Assembly (NCBI GenBank): GCA_035295625.1
Contig: DATGIS010000105.1
Location: 8,074-72,073, forward strand
Source: Candidatus Acidiferrum sp.
Lineage (GTDB): Bacteria; Acidobacteriota; Terriglobia; Acidiferrales; UBA7541
DNA length: 64,000 bases
Direction of reading: 5' to 3'
In this document: in pieces, positions 9,844-19,352 of the stretch
Position numbering within the stretch: the first letter of the stretch is position 1
How the letters are laid out: each line of letters opens with the position of its first letter
Program-made: the position numbers and the translations under genes
The notes under the pieces: model-generated
Databases searched by the model: none
The model's input: the letters and a program-made list of their open reading frames with translations, nothing else
What the model was told of the DNA's origin: nothing

Positions 9844-11355
9844 ATGCACCGCCGACTCTTCTTTGCTGCGCTCTCAGCCGTCTTGTGTGCGTTACCCGCA
9901 TTTGCGCAACAGCCTTCCCTTGTCATCACCAACGCCCAACTCGCTGACGGAACTGGCGCTTCTCTGCGCGAAGAAAACCTTCGTATCACCGGCTCTCGCA
10001 TCGCCAGGATCGGCAAATTCAAACCATCAAAGTCCGACCGCGTCATTGACGCCAAGGGTCTCGTCCTCGCTCCCGGCTTCATCGACATCCACAACCATTC
10101 CACCGACGGCCTCAATACCGATCCGCTTGCAGAAACACAAATCGCGCAAGGCATCACATCCCTCGTCATCGGAGCGGACGGCGATTCGCCCTGGCCCATC
10201 GCGCCATGGCTCGAAGCGCGCCAAAAGAATCCGGCATCCGTAAACGTCGCCGTCCTGGCTGGACACGCCACGATCCGCGAACTCGTGATGGGCAAGGATT
10301 TCCGTCGCACGGCAACTCCCGAAGAAGTTGAAAAAATGGCCTCGCTCGTCTCCCACGCAATGCACGAGGGCGCCATCGGCCTTTCGAGTGGCCTGGAATA
10401 TTACGTCGCCAGCTACAGCAACACGGCCGAAGTCGTCGGCATGGCCGCCGCCGCTGCAAAAGACGGCGGCTTCTACATGACCCACATTCGCGACGAAGGA
10501 AACAAAAGCTTCGACGCGCTAAAGGAAGAAATCGAAATCGCCAGGCGCGCCCACATTCCGGTCGAGCATTCGCACATCAAGCTGGGGACTGTCGATGTTT
10601 GGCACAAAGCTTCCGACTACATCGCCCTTATCAACGACGCCCGCAATCACGGCGTCGATTTTCTGGCCGACTGCTATCCCTATGAGGCATGGGCTTCCGG
10701 GCTGAAAGTAATCATGCCGGACAAGCAATACGAAAATCCCGCGAGCGTGGAAAAAGCCATCGCCGACAACGGCGGCCCCGACTCGGTCGCCATCACCGAG
10801 TTCAAACCAAATCCCGCGTACGCCGGCCATACGCTAGGCGAACTCGCGAAACTGAATAACGTCTCGCCTGTCGAAATGTATATCCGCATCATTCGCGAAG
10901 GCGACGCCGCGAACACTGAAGCCAGCATCATCGGCCACTCGATGATTGAAGAGGACGTCAAATCCTTCTACCAGCAACCTTGGGTGATGGTAGCGAGCGA
11001 TGGCGGCATCGGCTCCGATCATCCGCGCGGCGCCGGAACTTTCCCGCGCGTCCTCGGCTTATATGTCCGCGAGAAAAAATGGCTCACTCTTCCCGAAGCC
11101 ATCCGCAAAATGACGTCGCTCCCCGCCAAGCGTCTCGGCTGGAAAGATCGCGGCACACTCAAAGTTGGAAATTTCGCCGACCTCGTCCTGTTTAATCCCA
11201 ATACTGTCATCGATCGTTCGACCTTCGAAAAACCATCCGAACTTCCCACCGGCATTGAGAAAGTTTTCGTCAACGGCACAATCGTGTGGGATGCGGGCAA
11301 AGCGACCGGAGCCAAGCCCGGCAGCACTCTCACAATCAGCGGAAAAGTCTTGTGA
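9844..11355 (+). CDS. Secreted N-acyl-D-amino-acid deacylase family amidohydrolase
   Basis: Signal peptide; APGFIDIHNHS, THIRDEG, SDGG, HPRGAGTFPRVLG, KMTSLPA. Confidence 0.88.
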   Translation: MHRRLFFAALSAVLCALPAFAQQPSLVITNAQLADGTGASLREENLRITGSRIARIGKFKPSKSDRVIDAKGLVLAPGFIDIHNHSTDGLNTDPLAETQIAQGITSLVIGADGDSPWPIAPWLEARQKNPASVNVAVLAGHATIRELVMGKDFRRTATPEEVEKMASLVSHAMHEGAIGLSSGLEYYVASYSNTAEVVGMAAAAAKDGGFYMTHIRDEGNKSFDALKEEIEIARRAHIPVEHSHIKLGTVDVWHKASDYIALINDARNHGVDFLADCYPYEAWASGLKVIMPDKQYENPASVEKAIADNGGPDSVAITEFKPNPAYAGHTLGELAKLNNVSPVEMYIRIIREGDAANTEASIIGHSMIEEDVKSFYQQPWVMVASDGGIGSDHPRGAGTFPRVLGLYVREKKWLTLPEAIRKMTSLPAKRLGWKDRGTLKVGNFADLVLFNPNTVIDRSTFEKPSELPTGIEKVFVNGTIVWDAGKATGAKPGSTLTISGKVL

Positions 11356-11377
11356 CCCTCGTACGAACTGTTACCGA

Positions 11378-11406
11378 TTGACACGGCTCAGTCTCCAAAG
11401 TACCTT
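11378..11406 (+). promoter_or_regulatory. Sigma70-type promoter
   Basis: TTGACA-N17-TACCTT upstream of the serine hydrolase. Confidence 0.55.
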
Positions 11407-11447
11407 TCCCGCCGACGAACCGTCGTTTCCATCTCTTGGAGCACACC

Positions 11448-13265
11448 ATGCGCCGCGCTCACATTCTTGTTTTGCTAACGACCGCACTCTTCGCGATCCC
11501 GGTCTTAGCCCAGCAAAAGCCACTCGACTCCGCCAAAGCTCTCGAAGGTTTCGACGAATTCGTCAGCCAGACAATCAAGGACTTTCACGGCGCAGGCGCC
11601 GCCGTCGCCATCGTGCAGGGCGATAAAGTTGTACTCCTCAAAGGCTACGGCTATCGCGACGTGGAAAAAAAGCTCCCCATCACTCCGAAATCTCTCTTCG
11701 CCATCGCCAGCATCACCAAATCCTTCACCGTCACCGACCTCGGCATGCTCTTCGACGAAGGCAAAGGCGGCTGGGATCTTCCTGTGCGCGCGCTCTTCCC
11801 CGCCTTCAAACTCTACGACCCCGTCCTCACCGAGCAAATGTCCATGCGCGATCTCGTCACACATCGCTCCGGCCTCCCGCGGCACGACATGGTTTGGTAC
11901 AGCTCCGATTTCTCTCGCGACGATCTCATCCGCCGCTTGCAATTCTTGGAGCCGAACAAGCCTCTTCGCTCCACCTTTCAATACAACAATTTGATGTTTA
12001 TGACCGCCGGTTACGTCGGTGGTCTTCTCGACGGCAAAAAATGGGAAGACTCGCTTCGTGCGCGCGTCCTCACGCCGCTCGGAATGAACACGACTACTTT
12101 TTCTCTAAAAGAACTTCAGGCCAGCCCCGATTTCGCGCTTCCCTACCAGACGGGCCACGACCTCAAAGCCGAACTCAAGCGCATCCCGTTCGAAGCCACT
12201 TGTCCGGACACTTGCGCGCTCGGCCCTGCCGGCGAACTCAATTCCAATGCCGAAGACATGAGTCACTATCTCCTCTTTCACTTGAATAAGGGGAAGTACA
12301 ACGGCAAGCAGCTTCTTTCCGAAAATAATTCCACGCAGATGCAAACGCCGCAAATGACCATCGCCGGATCGCCGGAGTATCCCGAACTCGGCGAAGAAAG
12401 CTACGGCATGGGCTTTTTTCTTTCCACCTACCGGGGTCACAAGAGCGTCGAGCATGGCGGCAATCTCGATGGATTCAGTTCAATCCTCGTCTTCTTGCCA
12501 AGCGAAAAAATCGGAGTCGTCGTTCTGACTAATCTCGATGAGTCTCCACTTCCCAACGCCATTGCCTTCAACGCCATCGATCGTCTTCTTGGCGCGGACC
12601 AAATCCCGTGGAGCAAACGCTTCCTCGATTCGGAAATCGCCGGCCGCCAATCCGAAGCCGACGCCAAATCCAAAGGCTACGACCTCCGCAAAAAAGACAC
12701 GCGCCTTTCTCACGACCTCAAGGATTTTCTCGGCGACTACGAAAATCCTGGCTACGGTATCGTTTCCGTCGAGCAGGAGACCGGCGGCCTGCTCGTCCAC
12801 CTCAACAAACTTTCCTTTCACATGAAGCACTACCATTACGATGTCTTCGAAGTTCCTTACGACCCGCAGGATCCCTTCTCAAAACAAAAACTCGAATTCT
12901 TCTACGATCTCGCCGGCGACATTTCGTCCCTCGCCATGCCTCTCGAACCGCACGTCAAAAACATTCTTTTCACCCGTATGGCAGACAAACAGCTCTCCGA
13001 CGGCGCGTTTCTTGCAACTCTTGCTGGTCAGTATGAATTTCCCGGTGATCCCATTGTGACCACCATCGCTCTCAAGGGAGAACACTCGCTTGTCATGAGC
13101 CGCCCCGGCTCGCCCGAGCGCGAACTCATTCCGCGCCGTGGCACTACCTTTGACCTCAAAGGACTCGAAGGCTACTCCATCGAATTCAAGCGCGACGCCA
13201 GCGGCAAGTTTTCCGAAGCCGCGTTCTACACGCCCGACACCGTCTCAATCATCAAGCGCAAATAG
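11448..13265 (+). CDS. Secreted serine hydrolase (beta-lactamase/AmpC fold) with C-terminal DUF3471-like extension
   Basis: Signal peptide; SITK (SxxK), YNN (YxN), HGG motifs. Confidence 0.88.
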   Translation: MRRAHILVLLTTALFAIPVLAQQKPLDSAKALEGFDEFVSQTIKDFHGAGAAVAIVQGDKVVLLKGYGYRDVEKKLPITPKSLFAIASITKSFTVTDLGMLFDEGKGGWDLPVRALFPAFKLYDPVLTEQMSMRDLVTHRSGLPRHDMVWYSSDFSRDDLIRRLQFLEPNKPLRSTFQYNNLMFMTAGYVGGLLDGKKWEDSLRARVLTPLGMNTTTFSLKELQASPDFALPYQTGHDLKAELKRIPFEATCPDTCALGPAGELNSNAEDMSHYLLFHLNKGKYNGKQLLSENNSTQMQTPQMTIAGSPEYPELGEESYGMGFFLSTYRGHKSVEHGGNLDGFSSILVFLPSEKIGVVVLTNLDESPLPNAIAFNAIDRLLGADQIPWSKRFLDSEIAGRQSEADAKSKGYDLRKKDTRLSHDLKDFLGDYENPGYGIVSVEQETGGLLVHLNKLSFHMKHYHYDVFEVPYDPQDPFSKQKLEFFYDLAGDISSLAMPLEPHVKNILFTRMADKQLSDGAFLATLAGQYEFPGDPIVTTIALKGEHSLVMSRPGSPERELIPRRGTTFDLKGLEGYSIEFKRDASGKFSEAAFYTPDTVSIIKRK

Positions 13266-13355
13266 TCTTTGCACGCGGAGCTAAGCCGCCGTCCAGCTTG
13301 CCGCGCACTTCGTCCCGGCGTACTCTATCGCCTGTTCGTAATTCAGGAGGTTTTC

Positions 13356-13901
13356 ATGCACCGTTTCCTCGGCTCGCTCGCCTTACTCGCGATCACGCCA
13401 GCTCTGTCCCTCGCGCAAGCTCCTTCGGCTCCATCGGCTTCGCCCGTCGCCGACGCTCTCCGCGATGGCCTCGCCCGTTATTCCAAAAGAATGCCCGCGG
13501 CTGCCGACGCCATGCCCGCCGACAAATTTTCCTTCAAGCCCACACCTGACCAGATCACCTTCGCTCACCTCACCCTGCACATCTCCGAGTCCAACAATAA
13601 TTTCTGTTCCAAAATCGCCGGTATCGCTCCGCCGGATGTCCCAAAACTCGCGGAAACCGATGCCAAAGATAAACTCGTCGCCGCTCTCAAGAGCTCTTTC
13701 GACTTCTGCTCCACGGCCCTCGCAAAAGTCGACGATTCTCATCTCGCCGAATCCATTCCTCTTTTCAAGGGGCAAAACCTCTCTCGTGCCAGCGCGATTT
13801 TCATCCTCGCGAACTCTTGGGGCGACCACTACTCTGCTCAGGCCATGTATCTCCGCTTGAACGGTATTCTTCCGCCGACGGCGCAACCCGCCGCTCGCTA
13901 G
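13356..13901 (+). CDS. Secreted DinB family protein
   Basis: RBS AGGAGG; signal peptide; MPADKFSFKPT...HI...DHYSAQAMYLRLNGILPP. Confidence 0.85.
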   Translation: MHRFLGSLALLAITPALSLAQAPSAPSASPVADALRDGLARYSKRMPAAADAMPADKFSFKPTPDQITFAHLTLHISESNNNFCSKIAGIAPPDVPKLAETDAKDKLVAALKSSFDFCSTALAKVDDSHLAESIPLFKGQNLSRASAIFILANSWGDHYSAQAMYLRLNGILPPTAQPAAR

Positions 13902-13966
13902 TTTTTGGGGATTGAAGTCGGAAGCGAAAATCTGCCGGCGTCTCTAAATTGCCTGCTCTGCTCGGC

Positions 13967-14419
13967 TCATTTGCTGATTACACCCAGATGGCTCGCGATG
14001 CAAACCCATCGGCCATCCTTTTTGATCCATGTATCCGTGAATCTGCCGTTGTGCGCGAACGGTTTTCCGTTTTGCGTACCCTTTTCTCGCGTCGCTCCCG
14101 TCACCACCACCGTCGATCCGTGCTCGTGCAGTTTCATTCCTTCGGACATTTCTAGCGACAGTTGCACGGACGGGTCCTTGACCGAGGCCAGAAATTGCGC
14201 TCGATTCAATACGCTCCCGTCATAGTCCGTGAGCACGAAATCTTCATCCAGCAATTGCTGCATCGCGTTCACGTCGTGGCCGAGTTGCATCTGGTTCCAC
14301 AAGTTCTCCATCGCCAGGATCTTTGTCGCATCGTCCGATTGCGGCGCGCTCGCATATCCAATCGCCGCCGCCAACCCGCAGAGGAAAAGCGCCAAACCAC
14401 AGCTGCACAGGCGTCTCAT
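13967..14419 (-). CDS. Nuclear transport factor 2 (DUF4440) family protein
   Basis: Signal peptide; LLDEDFV...GRFTDTWIKKDGRWVCIASH. Confidence 0.85.
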   Translation of the reverse strand: MRRLCSCGLALFLCGLAAAIGYASAPQSDDATKILAMENLWNQMQLGHDVNAMQQLLDEDFVLTDYDGSVLNRAQFLASVKDPSVQLSLEMSEGMKLHEHGSTVVVTGATREKGTQNGKPFAHNGRFTDTWIKKDGRWVCIASHLGVISK

Positions 14420-14618
14420 AAAAGCTCCCTCCAGTTCCGTCGCCAGCTCTTTCATTCTCCGCGAAAATTGAACCCTCCGCGTAACATTATTAGTACTGCT
14501 TCATCTGTATCTAACCGCCTCGCGTCTGCCTCCCGCGTAATCCATCAAAATTCCCGGGAATGTCCGGCGCATTCTCGGCTCGTCTCCTTCTTTTCCTGCT
14601 ACCATTGCCTCGAACGCA

Positions 14619-15203
14619 ATGCACGCTCGCTTCGGCAATTCCGGCACACAATCGCAAAGACGTTTTCGCCTTCGCCAGAATCCCCACTCTTGGTTTGCAT
14701 TTCGCCTCGCCCTCGGACTCTTCGGCGCCGCCCTCGTTCTCCTTCCACTTGCACTCCCTCAGAGCTGGATTGCCTCCATCTTCGGCTTGGCATTTTTCCT
14801 GACTTCGATCCTCCTACCGCCCGCGCACACGCCCGAACTTGCCGAATCCTCACTTCAGCCGACTCCACCTAAACACCGGATCGTTCTCACCGGCGCCGAA
14901 TATTCTTCCGCCGATGCACTCCCAGTCGCAGTAAAGCTTTTCGTCAGCGAGGAACAAGTTCTCGCGATCAAGCCCGATTTGCAGCAAGCCGCTCTTGTTC
15001 CATGTAACGCCTTGCACTCTATCTTTCTCCAACGCAGCGGAGATTCCTGGTTCCTCGTCATGGAATCGACGGACCACGAAACGGTGTTTTCTTTTCGCGG
15101 CATCTTCGCGGAACGCAACGCTCGCAAAGCCGAATCCGCGATTCGGCAATTCGTGCCGGCAAAGCCTTCCGAAAAGCCAAAAGTTCGCGCCGCAGGCGCT
15201 TAA
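14619..15203 (+). CDS. Hypothetical membrane protein (two TM helices plus a soluble domain)
   Basis: Fills the intergenic gap; two hydrophobic segments; no motif recognised. Confidence 0.65.
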   Translation: MHARFGNSGTQSQRRFRLRQNPHSWFAFRLALGLFGAALVLLPLALPQSWIASIFGLAFFLTSILLPPAHTPELAESSLQPTPPKHRIVLTGAEYSSADALPVAVKLFVSEEQVLAIKPDLQQAALVPCNALHSIFLQRSGDSWFLVMESTDHETVFSFRGIFAERNARKAESAIRQFVPAKPSEKPKVRAAGA

Positions 15204-15268
15204 GCGTCTCAAGGAACTTTTCGCGATTCTTCCAGCTACCGTGGTCAACGGTATGGCAAGATAGAGCC

Positions 15269-15514
15269 ATGGCTCGGGGCTGGGAAAGCAAGGACGTGGA
15301 ATCCCAAGTGGAAGCGAACCGCACAGATAAGCCCGCAAACGAGAAAGCCCAGAAAACCGAGGCACAGATGAATAATGAGCGGGAACGGCAAGGTCTTGAA
15401 CTTTCAAAAAAACGCGTTCTCGCCGACCTGGAAAACGCTACGCATCCCAACCACCGCAAGTCTCTCGAAGCAGCCCTCGCACACCTCGACGCCAAGTTGG
15501 AATCGCTGAAGTAG
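15269..15514 (+). CDS. Small hypothetical helical protein
   Basis: MARGWESKDVESQ...; charged, coiled-coil-like C-terminus. Confidence 0.7.
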   Translation: MARGWESKDVESQVEANRTDKPANEKAQKTEAQMNNERERQGLELSKKRVLADLENATHPNHRKSLEAALAHLDAKLESLK

Positions 15515-15531
15515 AATTTATTTCCTGAAAT

Positions 15532-16740
15532 TTAGTCCGTGAAGACCACGCCCACCGCGCTGTGCCCTTTTTCCGCGCCGCTATCCACGCGCACCACGTA
15601 ACCACGCAGCTTCATTGCCTGCGTCCCATCTTCGCCCGGCGCTTCCATCGTCACTTGCAGCTCGGATTGCAGCCGTGGACTGTGATGCAGCGAAATCAGC
15701 GCGCCTTGCAGCGACAAATCTCGCACCACAGTCTCTTCCTCAAATTCCTGTCCGCTTTCGGTCACGCCGCTCACGCGCGCCCGGAATTGCGCCTCGCGCC
15801 GCAACGCCGTCCGCGTCCCTGGCATGTGCGCTTCCATGCGCCCATCCGTCGAGCCCAGCGTAATCACCATTCCCTCGCTCGCCGCAAACACCGAATCAAA
15901 TTCCTCGCGCGCCTGTCGCAGCAACCCATCCACCATGCGATCCGTTGAATCCGGATCGTGATGGAACAGCACCAGTGTTTTCGCGCCGACTTCCTTCGCT
16001 ACGTTCACCCCTTCGAGCCACGTCGAATGTCCCCAGCCCTTCCGCACCGTCGCCATCTGCTCGGGCGTGTACTGCGCATCATTAATAAAGATGTCTGCCC
16101 CCTGCGCCAGCTCTCGCAAGGAAGCGTCGAGCTTGGGATCGCCAGGTTCATTGTCTGTCGCGTAAGCGACGATCCCCGCCGGCGTCTCGATTCGATAGCC
16201 CAGACATCCTTGCGGGTGATTCAGATCCCGTGCCGTAACCTTGTTCTCTCCAATCGTGAACGTCTCGCCCGCCGTCACTTCCATAAACTTTCGTTTCGCG
16301 CACATCGCGGACATGTCCACCGGGAAGTACGGCATCGCCATCTGCGTTTCGAACACCTGCTTCAGACTGTCCCGCCCCAAATACTTCGATCGGAAACTAT
16401 AGAAATGAAACGCGTTGTTTTCCGCATAAAGCGGCATGAAAAACGGAATTCCCTGAATGTGATCCCAGTGATAGTGCGTCACCAGAATGTGCGTTTCCGG
16501 ATTTCGCCCCGCGAGCGGCACGCTCCATCTTGTTCCCAGCGACCGCAATCCCGTTCCGCAATCCAAAATGAATTGCGTTCCATCCGGCGCAACCAATTCC
16601 AAACACGGCGTGTTCCCGCCATAGCGCCACGTCGCCGGATCCACTGTCGGCGTGGAACCGCGCACACCCCAAAAACTCAATTTGCTCACTGGCACCGGCA
16701 TTTCTTCGTGTAACGCCCCTGGAAATGCATCCCTTTTCAC
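15532..16740 (-). CDS. MBL-fold metallo-hydrolase (putative phosphodiesterase) fused to a C-terminal PilZ-like domain
   Basis: WGVRGS, YGGNTPC, DCGTG, THYHWDHIQG, WGHS, FHHDP; C-terminal RTALRR...VRDLSLQGA...GYVVRV...VGVVF. Alternative start ATG 16701. Confidence 0.88.
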   Translation of the reverse strand: MKRDAFPGALHEEMPVPVSKLSFWGVRGSTPTVDPATWRYGGNTPCLELVAPDGTQFILDCGTGLRSLGTRWSVPLAGRNPETHILVTHYHWDHIQGIPFFMPLYAENNAFHFYSFRSKYLGRDSLKQVFETQMAMPYFPVDMSAMCAKRKFMEVTAGETFTIGENKVTARDLNHPQGCLGYRIETPAGIVAYATDNEPGDPKLDASLRELAQGADIFINDAQYTPEQMATVRKGWGHSTWLEGVNVAKEVGAKTLVLFHHDPDSTDRMVDGLLRQAREEFDSVFAASEGMVITLGSTDGRMEAHMPGTRTALRREAQFRARVSGVTESGQEFEEETVVRDLSLQGALISLHHSPRLQSELQVTMEAPGEDGTQAMKLRGYVVRVDSGAEKGHSAVGVVFTD

Positions 16741-16957
16741 GCCGTGTCGGCGCGCACCGGGAAGCTCACTCGATACTCGCAGTCGTTGCCACCAGCGTCA
16801 ATCAATTCGCAGCCCGTTAGTGTCAAAATGCCCAACAATGGCTCTTCCGCGCCTTTCCGCATCCCTATGGAACTTCCCTCCCCGCGCCCCCACCTCTTCA
16901 ACGCCTCACCTGAAGTAGAATCAGAAGGGCTTGCGCCGCATCCCAGGAAACGAACGA

Positions 16958-17947
16958 ATGCATGACCACTCCCATTCCGGCCACGATCATGACCATGACC
17001 ACGGGCATGACCATTCTCATTCCCACGGCCATTCTCATGCCGGCCACGGCCACGCGCATCCTCCACTCAAGCCCTCAGTTCTCGCTTGGGCCATGCTGGC
17101 AACTCTTGGTCTCGTTCTCGCGGAAATCTTCGGTGGAATCCTCGGCCGCAGCGTCGCTCTCCTCAATGACGCGGTTCACAATCTTTCCGACGTTCCGGCT
17201 CTTGGCATCTCCTGGCTGGCCATGCGTTGGGCCGAACGCCCCGCGGACCGCGACAAGACCTACGGCTACCATCGCGCCGGAACCCTCGCTGCATTTACCA
17301 ATGCCGTCCTTCTCGTCGTACTTTCTCTCTGGCTCGGTTACGAAGCCATCGAGCGCCTCCGCGCTCCAGTCGAAGTCGTCGAAAGCTGGATGATCTGGAC
17401 CTCACTCGCCGCACTTGCCGTCAATGGCGGCATAACTCTTTCCGTTATGCGCGGCCACAAGGACCTGAACCTCCGCAGCATTCTCGTCCACAATTTCGGC
17501 GATGCTCTCTCGAACATCGCCATCATCGTTGGCGCAATCATCATTCATTACACCAACTATCACTGGATCGACCCCATTCTCGGCCTCGCCATCGGTCTGC
17601 TGGTTCTCTGGTCCAGTATCGGCATCCTCCGCGATTCCGCCCACATTCTTCTGGAAGGGCGTCCGCAAAATCTCGAAGTCGAAGAAGTCGCACGCGCCAT
17701 CCTCGCTGTGCCCGGTGTTCATGAAGTGCACGACGTCCACATCTGGTCCCTCGGTGGTGACCACAACGCGCTCAGTTGCCACGCCCGCGTCCCGGACATG
17801 CACATGGATGCCTGCGAAACACTGCTTAGCTCGATCCGCCAGAAACTTCACGATTCCTTCGGCATCGATCACGTCACTATTCAACTCGAGCGCGCCGGCC
17901 TTCCAGCTCAATCCGGGTATGTCATGCCCGCCCCCGCATCGAAGTAA
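16958..17947 (+). CDS. Cation diffusion facilitator (Zn/Co/Cd exporter, CzcD/ZitB-like)
   Basis: His-rich N-terminus; DAVHNLSD, TYGYHR, HNFGD, VHDVHIWSL. Confidence 0.92.
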   Translation: MHDHSHSGHDHDHDHGHDHSHSHGHSHAGHGHAHPPLKPSVLAWAMLATLGLVLAEIFGGILGRSVALLNDAVHNLSDVPALGISWLAMRWAERPADRDKTYGYHRAGTLAAFTNAVLLVVLSLWLGYEAIERLRAPVEVVESWMIWTSLAALAVNGGITLSVMRGHKDLNLRSILVHNFGDALSNIAIIVGAIIIHYTNYHWIDPILGLAIGLLVLWSSIGILRDSAHILLEGRPQNLEVEEVARAILAVPGVHEVHDVHIWSLGGDHNALSCHARVPDMHMDACETLLSSIRQKLHDSFGIDHVTIQLERAGLPAQSGYVMPAPASK

Positions 17948-18023
17948 CTCTTTCGCTTTCTTGGATCTGGTCCCAGCCGCCCGGCTTGGGAGGTCTCCTA
18001 CTTTCCCTCTTTTCGACAGGAAT

Positions 18024-18140
18024 TGTAACAAAATGTTACACGTCCACGACTAACCCACGCTGGCCGAATAAGAATTCTCGCGGTAACGGCTTCATTATCA
18101 AATAGATAGGTCATTTCGACCGCGTGGCTGCCGGCGTGCA
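18024..18140 (+). promoter_or_regulatory. Candidate sigma54 promoter with an upstream palindromic enhancer
   Basis: TGTAACA-AAA-TGTTACA (18024-18040); AT-rich TATCAAATAGATA (18096); TGGCTGCCGGCGTGCA = GG-N10-GC (18125-18140). Confidence 0.55.
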
Positions 18141-18289
18141 CCTAGGTGTGCGGCAGGACGAAAGAAACTATGACGGAACCGATTTCAATCTGCGCCACAG
18201 CTGTACATCAGGCCAGTAGGAATTTCGCTGGGGCCCTCTCTAGACTTCGTATAGCCCGAGGAGTGTCTCTCGGCGGCGGAAAGACTACT

Positions 18290-18796
18290 ATGCGCCAACT
18301 TAGCTCCAATCATTCCAATTCGCTTCGCCGCAAAACGGCCCAGCGCGGCTTTTCCATTCTCGAACTGGTCACGGTCGTTGCCGTCGGCTTGATCCTCGCC
18401 GCCATCGCGCTTCCCCTCGTCCAGAACATTACTCGAACGTTGCGGCTGAATGCGGCCGTCAGCGCCGTCACTGGCGCGATGCAGTCCACTCGCTATCACG
18501 CCATTTTTGATGGCTGCCCCTACAACATCACGTTCAACAACACGGCCAACACCTATCAAGTCGCCACTGAGGCGACCGGTGGCGCCTGCGCCACTGCCTT
18601 TACGAACGTTGGCACCGCCGTTCCCTTCGCCGACCCGAAGCGCGTCACGCTCGATCAAAACCTTACGTTTCAGTTCAGCCCGGGTGGCAGTGTCACCGTC
18701 ACGACCGGTACGAACAGTTTCAACCTCACTACTGTCGGCGCTACGACTACGAAGAATGTGAAGGTAACCAAATATGGCAGCATCACAGTTCAATAA
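18290..18796 (+). CDS. Type IV minor pilin, FimT/FimU/GspH-like
   Basis: Prepilin site QRG|FSILELV with Glu at +5. Confidence 0.85.
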   Translation: MRQLSSNHSNSLRRKTAQRGFSILELVTVVAVGLILAAIALPLVQNITRTLRLNAAVSAVTGAMQSTRYHAIFDGCPYNITFNNTANTYQVATEATGGACATAFTNVGTAVPFADPKRVTLDQNLTFQFSPGGSVTVTTGTNSFNLTTVGATTTKNVKVTKYGSITVQ

Positions 18797-19352
18797 GACC
18801 AGGAAGTCCCAACGCGGGTTCACCTTGCTGGAAACGCTCGGCGCCATAGCCATCCTTTCCATCGGCTTGCTCGCGATGGCAGGGCTCATGTCGAAGACGA
18901 CCGTGAGTTCTTCTCAATCCCGCTACATGAGCGCCGCATCCATTCTGGCGACTCAAAAACTCGAAGAACTAAATCGCTATCCGATTTCTGACCCGGTCAT
19001 TGCCGTCTCCGGGTCCAGCGCAGGCAGCATCACCGGCGACGTTTCTTCTGGTAGCTTGAATTATTTCGACAACGTCCAGATTTCCGCCGTTGGCGGCACC
19101 ATTACCGAAACCACCGAGGACGATCAGGGCAACTACACCACCATCACTCAGTCACCCGACGGAACTATCACATCTGCGACAAGCACCACCGCGCCGGCTC
19201 CTCTCGCGGAGACGCTTAGGTACCATCGTCGCTGGGTCATCGAAAAAGATGTGCCCGTAACCGGTGTTCGTCGTATCACGGTTTTCGTTCAGCTTACCAA
19301 TCCTCCCATCGTCAATAGTGTAACTTTTCAAATCAGCATGGTGCGCCCATGA
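18774..19352 (+). CDS. pilV: Type IV minor pilin, PilV-like
   Basis: QRG|FTLLET...IGLLAMAG; ASILATQKLEEL; second gene of the cluster. Confidence 0.75.
   Translation: MAASQFNKTRKSQRGFTLLETLGAIAILSIGLLAMAGLMSKTTVSSSQSRYMSAASILATQKLEELNRYPISDPVIAVSGSSAGSITGDVSSGSLNYFDNVQISAVGGTITETTEDDQGNYTTITQSPDGTITSATSTTAPAPLAETLRYHRRWVIEKDVPVTGVRRITVFVQLTNPPIVNSVTFQISMVRP

Noticed and set aside
11448-13265. Beta-lactam resistance gene
   Set aside because: The 605-aa protein with a C-terminal extension fits the broad peptidase/esterase family; resistance cannot be inferred from the fold.
16958-17060. His-codon repeats in the CDF gene and Lys/Glu/Asp repeats in the amidohydrolase (47390-47500, 49320-49375)
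   Set aside because: Ordinary low-complexity coding linkers.
18140-18290. c-di-GMP or other riboswitch in the pilin leader
   Set aside because: I could not recognise conserved aptamer motifs; a covariance-model search would be needed.
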